Below are positions 10,985 to 19,847 of a stretch of DNA of 64,000 bases, one piece after another. The notes below the pieces were generated by a model. It was not told the origin of the DNA, searched no databases, and saw only the letters and a program-made list of their open reading frames with translations. The translations under genes were made by a program, and so were the position numbers. Source of the stretch: Candidatus Bathyarchaeota archaeon. Its GTDB lineage: Archaea; Thermoproteota; Bathyarchaeia; Bathyarchaeales; Bathycorpusculaceae. How positions within the stretch are numbered: the stretch's first letter is position 1; the number at the start of each line of letters is the position of its first letter. The stretch is taken from NCBI GenBank assembly GCA_963715865.1, contig OY970280.1, positions 800,001 to 864,000 on the forward strand, in the 5' to 3' direction.

Positions 10985-12412
10985 TCAAGAAGAAAGCGGA
11001 TCAGTTCCAGAATCGCTTACTCCAACATTTCCATGCAGGTAAACTTGCGTGCAATGACCTAAGCTTACTTTTGTCCCACTTATTCCGGTGAAATTGCTGT
11101 AAAGTATGCGAACGTAATGTGAGTTCTGCACATAGTCCGTGACACCGTTTGCACCAGATAAAGTCACGTTTAGAATGTTAACGTTCAATGCTGACACGAG
11201 GCATATAGCGCCATTATAGTCAGTTGGAGAGTTAATTGAACCTCCAGAAATAGTGACGTTGTTTGCTCCAATCCATATGGCGTTTGAACTCAGAATGGTG
11301 TTATTTATGAATTGAACGTTAAAAGTCTGAGAATTTGTGTAAGTTGCTAAAGGAAGGTTGCAGTTAGATACTGTGTTGTTGGTGACGATGTTGTTGTTTG
11401 AATTTAAAATGTGTATTCCTGCACTTTCACCTATATTGTTCTGCCCGTTCACTATGTTGTTAGCAATCAGGGTATTATTCCTAGTTGAAGCTAAATCATC
11501 TTCGCATGCTGAAACGTTATTGTTTAAAATATTGATGTTTTGACTCCATTCTGCCGCGATTCCCCAGTGGCTTGCTCCAGAATATTGAGTAACGTTTGAA
11601 ACGGTGTTTCCTTTGATAGTTACATTATTAACATACCAAGAGTTTATACCAACATCTTGACCCCCATTTACAACACAACTTTCTACGGTAGTATTACTGT
11701 AAAAGCTTGCGTCATTGCCTTCAATCGTAATTGGATTATCGCCAGCGTTTATCACCGTACAATTGTAGACATATCCATTACTTACTTGGCGTAAGTCAAT
11801 GCCTTGGCCTATTACATTTTGTAAAACAAGATTTTTGACGATAATATTACTGTAAACTGCACCATAAAATGATATGCCAAAGTACTGACTAAAGTAACTA
11901 CCCCATGTGCTTGTTCCACGGTGATCTACTAATGTACCTTTATTTCCATTCCAGTTACCTCCGTCGACAACAAAGTTTTGCACGTTTGATTTCGTAACAA
12001 GAAGTGAAATACTTGCTCCAAGACTTGATGGGGTGTTTTGGTAAATTGTTGCTGAGGATGAAACTTGAAGGTATACGCCAGTTTGTGCGATTAAGGGGGT
12101 ATTTAATCGGAACGACCCATTTCCTATTTTTACTGTTCCGCCTCCGTTTTGGCTCGCGGTTTGCATGGCATCATTGATTAGTTTTGAGGCATAATTGGGG
12201 TCGGTAGCGTATGTTTGCTGATTTCCTTGATTGACAGCGTAATATGTGCCGTTGCTGTATTGACCGATATAATAGGTGTTCACTGAGTAAGAGTATGATA
12301 TCTGACCTGTGCTACTTATTGAAATGCTTACATTCAGTGCTGAAAGTGCCAAAGGAGATAATAAAAGGACTAACAGCACTGCTAGAATGGCTAAAGCCAC
12401 ATTTTGTCTCAT
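10985..12412 (-). CDS. Secreted right-handed parallel beta-helix (pectin lyase-like) protein
   Basis: Signal peptide, INDAMQTA...GGGTVKIGNGSF glycoside hydrolase-like N-cap, and repeated N/V/I-rich beta-helix turns (NVTIKGNTVSN, NINILNNNVS). Confidence 0.85.
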   Translation of the reverse strand: MRQNVALAILAVLLVLLLSPLALSALNVSISISSTGQISYSYSVNTYYIGQYSNGTYYAVNQGNQQTYATDPNYASKLINDAMQTASQNGGGTVKIGNGSFRLNTPLIAQTGVYLQVSSSATIYQNTPSSLGASISLLVTKSNVQNFVVDGGNWNGNKGTLVDHRGTSTWGSYFSQYFGISFYGAVYSNIIVKNLVLQNVIGQGIDLRQVSNGYVYNCTVINAGDNPITIEGNDASFYSNTTVESCVVNGGQDVGINSWYVNNVTIKGNTVSNVTQYSGASHWGIAAEWSQNINILNNNVSACEDDLASTRNNTLIANNIVNGQNNIGESAGIHILNSNNNIVTNNTVSNCNLPLATYTNSQTFNVQFINNTILSSNAIWIGANNVTISGGSINSPTDYNGAICLVSALNVNILNVTLSGANGVTDYVQNSHYVRILYSNFTGISGTKVSLGHCTQVYLHGNVGVSDSGTDPLSS

Positions 12413-12590
12413 TTAAAGTCGGTATCTTACAGTTTCAGATATAATTAAATCTTTGTGCGGATGTGTTTAACAGATAAACAGTTTAAATAGTCTGTGACAT
12501 TTTTTAAATTTGAAAATAAATCAAACAAACTAAATAATTTGAAATAAGGGTAAATCCAGTTAGATCTTTCTTGGTTTTTGATATGTTACG

Positions 12591-12826
12591 GGTCACACTT
12601 CCGCGGTTGGAAGCTTTCAGTTGTTTCTAGGGAAGATGCTTTCAACCATGTATGTTCATAGGCATATTTTGGACCTAGAAAAAATACGAAACCGTAATAG
12701 ACTTTAAATCTTCAGCAAAAATACTTCTAGCTTCGTCGATTGCAGCCATGATCACGTACCTCTTCTTGTATTTTCTCAACATGGCTTATTGGATTCAGCT
12801 TGTAACTGGTTTAGTCCTTTTTTGCG
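12591..12826 (+). pseudogene. Internally deleted oligosaccharide flippase (Wzx/MATE-like) remnant
   Basis: GHTSAVGSFQLFLGKMLST (12591-, flippase-like N-terminus) is followed in another frame by GIFWT*KKYETVIDFKSSAKILLASSIAAMITYLFL (12661-, flippase-like C-terminus with an in-frame TAG). Family recognised from memory, not by search. Confidence 0.6.
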
Positions 12827-12827
12827 G

Positions 12828-12914
12828 AGCTGGAAAAAGCCTAGTGCCTAATCCAGCAGCTGGAATGATAACTTTACGAATCGCCAATACCCTGTTTACC
12901 TCTTCCCTTCTCAT
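12828..12914 (-). pseudogene. galU: N-terminal fragment of UTP-glucose-1-phosphate uridylyltransferase (GalU-like)
   Basis: Minus strand reads MRREEVNRVLAIRKVIIPAAGLGTRLFPA, containing the nucleotidyltransferase PAAGLGTR motif. Similarity ends there and a stop follows about 10 codons later. Confidence 0.8.
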
Positions 12915-13471
12915 TTCTCACCCGTCCGTTAAATACAATATGAATAAAAAATATGAATTGCTAAATAGTTGCTAGAATAACTTGAAATCAGGACACCCTC
13001 GTCAGGGCATTGTAGATACGATGATTATGAACGAAAATGGAATTCGCAGGAACTTGCCCGTCTATTATAGTCGATAATGTTCAATTAACCCTTTCGGGAC
13101 TGCTTTCCACGCTTCGGAAACTACGCGGGTTGTAAGTAGTATTTTGCCTGATTTCTGCAGATGAAAAAATAGACGTAAATATCATCAAATATATTTACTA
13201 CCAAAACATAAGTAAGAATTCCCATATATTCGTTTGAGGAGTAATTTAGGAGAAGAAGAGCACGGTATGAGGAGAAATCAGCTAGCAGTAGCGAATATGC
13301 TCTGCTTTTCAGCAAAGGTTGACATATCCCAGTTTTTGAACTATTCAAGCTCTGAAAACGTCGCTTACACCATGATACCCGACTCTCCAACTACAACCAG
13401 ACATAATAACCCCTACCTCTATGCCAAGAGCCCAAATCTAAGTCAACAAAAACCATCAGGATGAAAGAAAC

Positions 13472-16400
13472 ATGAAAAAACTACAAATCCTAATAATCGC
13501 ATTTCTAATTTCGTTATCAATATGCGCATTCGCGAGTATGCAAGCCAAAGCTGTGGGACAGTACCAGGTGACGTTCTCCAGTTCTGTTCTTGGTGCTGAT
13601 GCTACTGGAAACTTGGTGAGTTTCAGCGTTAGTGGCGGCTCATATTCTGGTGCTACTAGTCCGATTGACGTTCCTGGCGGTTCCATCTTGGTTGATGACG
13701 GTGCGACCGTTATCTACAGCTTCGTTAATCCTGTAGCGAGCACATTTACTGGCGAGCAGTATCGGCTTGACAGTGTTACTGGTTCTACTTCTCCAATTAC
13801 TGTTACTGGCGACACCACGGTTACTGGCAATTATGTGGCTCAGTATTTGTTGACTGACTCTTTGGATTCTGGTGCGGTTAATTCTATTACTGCTTCTCCG
13901 ACTGGTGATTCTTGGTATGACAGCGGGACGACGGTTATTGTGGTTTTGAATAATGTTTGGGATGCTTCTTCCTCTACACGGACCAACTTGTTCAGCTACA
14001 CTGTTGATTCTACTCCTACGCCGGTGACTAGAAGCAATACTGGTACGGTTACTGTTCCTGATATCGTCATGAGTGCTGCTCACAGTATCAGTGATGCTTC
14101 TAAGACTCAGTATTTGTTGACGGTTACTGGTGGAAACGGCATAACTTATGGGACTGCTTCGCCTACTGGTGACCAATGGTATGACTCGGGCACAAGCACA
14201 ACAGTCTCTTCGAATTGGGTTTGGGGTACTTCTGGCTCAATGCGTACTACGTTGACAAACTGGAACCTTGATGGTGGTTCTAACCAGAACCCGGCTAGGG
14301 CTAATTCTGGAACCCTAACAACTAGCTCTGTTGCTATGTCCGCAGCTCACACGGTCAACTTCATTTCAACTATGCAGTACTATCTGACGGTTACTGGTGG
14401 AAACAGCATAACTTATGGCGCTGCGTCGCCGACATCGGACAACTGGTATGATTCTGGTACTTTTACGACGGTTAGTTCCAACGGAATTTATAACCGAGCA
14501 AGCGGAACTGGAACTCGCGTTTCATCATGGAACATTGACAGCGGCTCAAACACTAATGTAGCAACAACTGGAATCGTTTCGACATCTTCCGTCTCGATGT
14601 CAACATATCACACTGTAAACTTCAACACGGTTACTCAATATCAAGTGACGCTGGATACTGGTGCAACCAGTGCGCTTTCATCTATTACTTCACCAACAAT
14701 AAGTGGAGATAATTATTGGTATGACAGTGGCACTACAGTTACAATTGCTCTCAATGGTGTCTATGGAAGAGGTAGCGGCGCAGGAACAAGAATCACAGGA
14801 TATGAACTTAATAGCGGTTCAAACAATCCTGAATCTACAACGGGTACGTTTAACGCTTTTAGTGGTGCTATTTCAAATCACGAATATGTTACGACGGCAA
14901 CTGTAACTCAATACCAAGTAACTTTAGATTCAGGTGCTACATTAGCTCTAAACTCTATCACGACCCCAACAATAAGTGGCGACAACTATTGGTACGACTC
15001 AGGCACATCAGTTACTTTGGTTCTTAACGGAGTCTATGGCAGGTCTGGAGGCTCAGGAACGAGAATCAGCGGATACAAAATTAACGCTGGCTCCAATAAC
15101 CCTGAATCCACAACCGGCGCTTTCGTCGTCCTTAATGCATTAAGCATCAGTTCAGCCCAGTCGATAACAACCACAACCGTGACACAGTTCTTTTTGACGG
15201 TGACTGGTGGCAACGGAATCACTTATGGGGCTGCACCCACAATTTCAGGCGATACAGGTTGGTATGACTCTGGAACTTCCACGACCGTTTCGTCCAATTG
15301 GGTCTGGAACATAGTAGCTGGTCAAAGTCGAACTGCACTTACAAATTATGCTATTGATTCTACGAATCAAAATCCTACACGATCAAACACAGGAACTTTA
15401 ACGACCTCTTCTATTTCTATGACTACATTTCACACAGTTGCGTTCGCTTTGACAACACAATATTATCTCTCTGTCAGTGGGGGAAACGGTGTTTCTTATG
15501 GAACCGCTTCACCTACCAACGATAATTGGTACGATTCAGGCAGTTCTACTACTGTTTCGTCTAACTGGGAGTGGAATGTGGTTTCTGGTCAGTCCAGAAC
15601 AGCGATAAACAATTATGCGATAGATGGCTCGAACCAGAATCCTGCGAGGCAAGGCTCTGGTACATTAACTACTTCTTCAATCATCATGTCCACTTACCAT
15701 ACCGTCGTTTTTGCATCCACAACTCAGTACTATCTGATGGACGCGACGATTTCTGGTTCTGAATACTCGATCACGGCTTCTCAGACGAATGATGGCTGGT
15801 ATGACAGTGGAACTAACGTTTACGTGGTGTTGAACAATGTTTGGGGTGTCTTGGATGGGAGCAGAAGCAACCTTGTTAGTTACACGGTTGACACTACGAC
15901 TACGATGGTTTCTAGGAGTGGCAGTGGGACCGTTTCGGTGCCGGCCATAATGATGAGTGCCGCTCATTCAGTTAGCGATGCAGCTCAGACTCAATACCAG
16001 TTGACGCTTTCTTACTCTGTAAGCGACGGCGGTTCTGGTTATTCTGCCCCCTCGTTTACGGCTAATCAGTTTGGTTCTCTGTACGGTCAGACTTTGACGA
16101 CTTCTGCTGCAGGTTACTGGTTTGACGCTGGCTCTTCGTGGACTGAGACAAATCCGTTGGGAGGTTCAGGAGGAACTGAGCGTTGGCAGACTAACCAGGC
16201 AGTTTCTGGCTCCGTTAGTTCCGCTCAAACCCTTGCTTTCGTTTATTATCATCAGTATCAGGTGACTTTTGCTGTTAGTCCTTCTGGAAGTGGATCAACA
16301 TCTCCTGCTGGTGCCAATGTTTGGGAGGCTGCTAGTTCTCTTGGCATATCTGCCACAGCAAACAGTTTTTATGTGTTCTCAAATTGGACAAGCAGCACTG

Positions 16401-17626
16401 GGTCAATTACATTTAGCAACGCAACCTCTGCATCTACGACCGCGACCATAAGTGGATCTGGAGTAATTACAGGTAACTTTTCACCTGTTTCGGATCACTT
16501 TTTCTTTAACCAAATTGGTTCTCAGATTGCGGGCACGTCGTTTACTGTAACGATTACGGATGAGGATTCTTCAGGGGGAACCATTACAAGCTATAGTGGC
16601 ACGCCGACTTTCACGTATTCTGCTGGATCTGTTACTCCGTCTTCTGCGACTGGCGGCTTCTCGAATGGAGTTTGGACCGGTTCAGTTACGGTGACTGTTG
16701 CTGGTTCAGGCGTTACTATTACAGCTACTGATGGTAGTCATACTGGGACGAGTAACTCGTTTACGGTAAATCATGCTGTTGCAGTCGCTAACGTTGTGAT
16801 TTCTCCTGCTGGTTCATCAGTTACAGCTGGGGCATCTAAGACTTATTCGGCTACGGCTTCTGACGCTTACGGTAACACATGGGATGTGACTTCTTCAACG
16901 ACTTGGAGCATAAGCTCTAGCGCGGGCGGTTCATGGAGCAGTAACGTTTACACTTCTGCGACTGCTGGTGCCTGGACAGTTACGGGCACTTATGCTTCTA
17001 CGGCTTACACTGCTGGTTTGACGGTGAATCCGGCTGGTCTGGATCATTTTGTCTTTAATGCTGTTGCGGCTCAGACTGCTGGTTCAGCTTTCAGCATAAC
17101 GGTTACTGCTGTTGATGCGTATGGCAACACGGTTACAGGCTATACTGGTACGCCGTCTTTGACGGTTTCTGCTGGGTCGATTAGTCCTGGCACTATGAAT
17201 GCTTTCGTTAACGGTGTAGGCTCGACTACGGTCACGGTGACTACTGCGGGTTCAAGCGTTACTATCACGGCTACTGATGGTGGTCATTCTGTGACGAGTA
17301 ACTCGTTTACAGTGACGGCTGCACCAACTCCTACTCCAACAGCAACGCCATCACCCTCACCAACTGCCACTCCGACCCCTACACCAACTCCAACACCTAT
17401 ACCTACAGCTACTCCTACTCCCACGATACCGTTACCTACTCAAACTCCATCAGCAACACTGCCGCCAGCACCATCATTAGGACTTGTGATTATCGTCGTC
17501 ACAACCGTCGCCGAAATCATTGTAATATTCACAGTAATAGCCATCAAACGTTCAAGACGAAAACCTGGCAACGCCCGTTTTTACACAGACAAGCTGACAA
17601 TTATTATATTCCAATCCTTGCAATAA
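13472..17626 (+). CDS. Large Ser/Thr/Gly-rich cell-surface protein (adhesin-like) with tandem beta-repeats, Ig-like domains, PT linker and C-terminal TM anchor
   Basis: Signal peptide; eight roughly 90-aa repeats with WYDSG plus one WFDAG; two Ig-like DHF.F repeats; a (PT)n linker; hydrophobic anchor followed by KRSRRK. Confidence 0.9.
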   Translation: MKKLQILIIAFLISLSICAFASMQAKAVGQYQVTFSSSVLGADATGNLVSFSVSGGSYSGATSPIDVPGGSILVDDGATVIYSFVNPVASTFTGEQYRLDSVTGSTSPITVTGDTTVTGNYVAQYLLTDSLDSGAVNSITASPTGDSWYDSGTTVIVVLNNVWDASSSTRTNLFSYTVDSTPTPVTRSNTGTVTVPDIVMSAAHSISDASKTQYLLTVTGGNGITYGTASPTGDQWYDSGTSTTVSSNWVWGTSGSMRTTLTNWNLDGGSNQNPARANSGTLTTSSVAMSAAHTVNFISTMQYYLTVTGGNSITYGAASPTSDNWYDSGTFTTVSSNGIYNRASGTGTRVSSWNIDSGSNTNVATTGIVSTSSVSMSTYHTVNFNTVTQYQVTLDTGATSALSSITSPTISGDNYWYDSGTTVTIALNGVYGRGSGAGTRITGYELNSGSNNPESTTGTFNAFSGAISNHEYVTTATVTQYQVTLDSGATLALNSITTPTISGDNYWYDSGTSVTLVLNGVYGRSGGSGTRISGYKINAGSNNPESTTGAFVVLNALSISSAQSITTTTVTQFFLTVTGGNGITYGAAPTISGDTGWYDSGTSTTVSSNWVWNIVAGQSRTALTNYAIDSTNQNPTRSNTGTLTTSSISMTTFHTVAFALTTQYYLSVSGGNGVSYGTASPTNDNWYDSGSSTTVSSNWEWNVVSGQSRTAINNYAIDGSNQNPARQGSGTLTTSSIIMSTYHTVVFASTTQYYLMDATISGSEYSITASQTNDGWYDSGTNVYVVLNNVWGVLDGSRSNLVSYTVDTTTTMVSRSGSGTVSVPAIMMSAAHSVSDAAQTQYQLTLSYSVSDGGSGYSAPSFTANQFGSLYGQTLTTSAAGYWFDAGSSWTETNPLGGSGGTERWQTNQAVSGSVSSAQTLAFVYYHQYQVTFAVSPSGSGSTSPAGANVWEAASSLGISATANSFYVFSNWTSSTGSITFSNATSASTTATISGSGVITGNFSPVSDHFFFNQIGSQIAGTSFTVTITDEDSSGGTITSYSGTPTFTYSAGSVTPSSATGGFSNGVWTGSVTVTVAGSGVTITATDGSHTGTSNSFTVNHAVAVANVVISPAGSSVTAGASKTYSATASDAYGNTWDVTSSTTWSISSSAGGSWSSNVYTSATAGAWTVTGTYASTAYTAGLTVNPAGLDHFVFNAVAAQTAGSAFSITVTAVDAYGNTVTGYTGTPSLTVSAGSISPGTMNAFVNGVGSTTVTVTTAGSSVTITATDGGHSVTSNSFTVTAAPTPTPTATPSPSPTATPTPTPTPTPIPTATPTPTIPLPTQTPSATLPPAPSLGLVIIVVTTVAEIIVIFTVIAIKRSRRKPGNARFYTDKLTIIIFQSLQ
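13844..15994 (+). repeat. Eight tandem roughly 270-bp coding repeats (WYDSG units)
   Basis: Recurrent cagta(t/c)...tggta(t/c)ga(c/t)(tc/ag)...gg units in the DNA and in the translation. Confidence 0.9.
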
Positions 17627-17643
17627 GACGCAGAGGGAATTGT

Positions 17644-18051
17644 ATGATCGTTAGAAGTAATATTAATCCTTTCGCTAAAATTTGATATCCTGACCTCGTC
17701 AACATATACGATAGTTATGTAGGTGAAGGCACCAAAATAGCAAGCTTCGTCGAGATAGGCAACGCCAGAATTGGAAGGAATTGCAAGATCGAGGCTTTCT
17801 CTTTCTTGCCTCCTGGGACAGTGATTGAGGATAACGTTTTCATCGGTCCTCATGTAATAATAACAAACGACCGCTACCCAGATGCAAAAAGCAAAACTTG
17901 GAAAAAAGAGCCCGTCACAGTTAAAAAAGGCGCAAGTATAGGCGCAGGCAGTATTTTAATTGCTGGTGTTACTGTAGGTGTTACTGTAGGCGAAAACGCT
18001 ATAGTTGGTGCAGGCAGCATCGTGCCGCGTGATGTACCCGACGCCACTTAG
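17644..18051 (+). pseudogene. Hexapeptide-repeat N-acetyltransferase (WbpD-like), interrupted
   Basis: ATG 17644 reads MIVRSNINPFAKI*YPDLVNIYDSYVGEGTKIASFVEIG, in frame with the 17806 ORF (FIGPHVIITNDRYP, GASIGAGS). TGA at 17683-17685 sits where Trp is typical; there is a 12-bp duplication and a short C-terminus. Confidence 0.8.
17965..17988 (+). repeat. 12-bp tandem duplication (ggtgttactgta x2)
   Basis: Directly visible; produces GVTVGVTV. Confidence 0.9.
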
Positions 18052-18088
18052 ATTCTTAGCGGGAATACAGGCAATTTTTCCAAACTTC

Positions 18089-18409
18089 TTACATTAGGCG
18101 GAAATTCACTGTCTTCGAGATTCGGCGTTTATTCAGCCAACCCATCCGTGAAAGTTGATTTAAATAGTTGCTTTCAATTGCTCGGCATCGCCCCGTAAGA
18201 TTTGATACGTCCACCGCGTTGCATTCGCCTTTAGAAGCCACAATAACGTAGGTCCTCCTTAAGTGATCAGGCAAAGTGATTAGTGAGGATTCAGGTACGC
18301 CTACGGGCTGTTGCCTCCAACCTGAGAAGCTGTTTTCAATATCGTCGAGGCGGTGACGTATACTCATCATCTCTTTGAATATGCTTTCAAGAACCGATCT
18401 CCGAACCAT
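18089..18409 (-). CDS. Winged helix-turn-helix transcriptional regulator with N-terminal coiled coil
   Basis: LPDHLRRTY...NAVDVSNLTGRCRAIESNYLNQLSRMGWL is an archaeal wHTH pattern. Confidence 0.8.
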   Translation of the reverse strand: MVRRSVLESIFKEMMSIRHRLDDIENSFSGWRQQPVGVPESSLITLPDHLRRTYVIVASKGECNAVDVSNLTGRCRAIESNYLNQLSRMGWLNKRRISKTVNFRLM

Positions 18410-18768
18410 TTTTTCCCCTCATTTTTCCCTTCATTTCATATCAACCAACCAAGCGAAAGTACACAGAAAAAATGATTTAACATTTTTTGAGAACACAACT
18501 TAAGCGATTTGTCAACCAAACTTGGAAAGATGCGAAGCCAACTTCGCAGGATTGCAAAGACAAACTCGCAAGAACGTTTTGACATGCAAAAAAATCTAAA
18601 TTCAACAAAACAGTGCGTTCCTTCTTCCTGTTACTGATGATCCAAAGATGCTTCCTTTTTAGATTAAAGAACACCGAACCGGTCGGTTGTGTAAATACCT
18701 CTTTTCACGTAGCCAATACAAACTTTTTTCCTATTCGTGCAAAAAAAAGATAAGGTTAGAATTTTGGC

Positions 18769-19269
18769 TTAGCCTGTTCCATATATTAATATCTGGACGC
18801 TGAAAGATGTGATTCCAGTTATGCTAGAAGACACTGACAGCGTAATTGCCGCCGCAGTGGATTGCCCAGGTGCCAGCAAGGCGCCTTCTTTGTCCCAAGT
18901 TATTGTTAATGGTCCATTCGCGTTTGTTGGGTTCCAGTTGCTTGTCGCCATACTAAGCGTCAACGAAACTCCGCCTCCCGTATTTTTGACGTAAACTGTT
19001 CTGGTTATTGTTCCCCCTGGCGATACTGAACCCCAGTCTATAGTTGTCATAGGAACGGTGCAAGCACTATCAGAGTACACGCTTAAGCTCGATGAGAGAG
19101 CGTTTGAAGTGGCGGATATGCCCGATGAGGTGCCCGATGAGGTGACGATTGACCCTGATGAATTTATGCTTGTCCTTACGCTAATTGCGCCGAAAGCAGT
19201 TAAGGTCAAAGCTAATTCGACTAAAACTATCGCTATTATTGTTACCCTTGAGAATTTTCTCTGTGCCAT
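18769..19269 (-). CDS. Secreted small beta-sandwich protein, TasA/CalY-like (paralog 1)
   Basis: Signal peptide, then VYSDSAC...IDWGSVSPGG...TVYVKNTG...SSSITGITSFS; clear paralog of 19848..20315. Confidence 0.7.
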   Translation of the reverse strand: MAQRKFSRVTIIAIVLVELALTLTAFGAISVRTSINSSGSIVTSSGTSSGISATSNALSSSLSVYSDSACTVPMTTIDWGSVSPGGTITRTVYVKNTGGGVSLTLSMATSNWNPTNANGPLTITWDKEGALLAPGQSTAAAITLSVSSSITGITSFSVQILIYGTG

Positions 19270-19847
19270 ATTATATCCTCATATGGCAAAGGTGCATTGT
19301 GAGTCTAAGAATTTCATTGTATAAGAGAACAACAAAAATACACATGCCACTTCTTCAAATCTCCCGCACAAGGTTTCAATTCTGGCGTTGCCTATCTCGA
19401 CGAAGCTCGCTATTTTCGTGCCTTCCCCAAAGTGCTAATATGCTCTATGGCGTTAACCTGAAGACAAAAAGAAGTTTCCACTGTAAGCATTAAGCGCAAA
19501 CTTCTTCAAGGCTCTAAGCATTCACAGGATGCTCAACAGTTATAACTTTGCCAAGCGTGACTTTGACTATACTATTGTAGAATTGCTAAACAACCTCTTT
19601 TCAGGCTCAAGGCTTCTTTTGCTGGCTCGATTGTCTGGACAATTGCTTTAGCGTTTGTTTGGACAAAAGAATTTAGTAAAGTTAAGAAATACGCGAACGT
19701 TCGAATAGTAACTACTCTGTTGTCTGCCGCTCTTATCGAAAATGGAACCTGAATCATTCTCGTTTGTCTTCCGGGTTCTGAGACGAAGCATCAAACCTTG
19801 GAATTACGTTTAGATAAAACAAAAAAGGAAAGAACGTGGCGGCGCTT

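Larger units (their letters stand above)
17725..19425. repeat. 49-bp inverted repeat pair (17725-17773 and 19377-19425)
   Basis: gaaggcaccaaaatagcaagcttcgtcgagataggcaacgccagaattg matches the reverse complement of 19377-19425 at 47 of 49 positions. Confidence 0.9.

Noticed and set aside
12975-13460. Possible further gene remnants (ORFs 13121..13390 and 13234..13464)
   Set aside because: Frames contain multiple stops and no motif I can assign; may be decayed coding DNA, but unsupported without BLASTx.
13844-15994. Repeats as a CRISPR array or DGR template
   Set aside because: They are degenerate in-frame coding repeats of about 270 bp, with no spacer structure, cas genes or reverse transcriptase.
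17683-17685. In-frame TGA as possible selenocysteine or recoding
   Set aside because: The position corresponds to Trp rather than Cys, and the gene carries other lesions, so a nonsense mutation is simpler. FwdB here also uses Cys.
19430-19840. ORFs 19185..19493 and 19572..19757 between the TasA-like paralogs
   Set aside because: No recognisable homology apart from the 49-bp inverted copy already reported.
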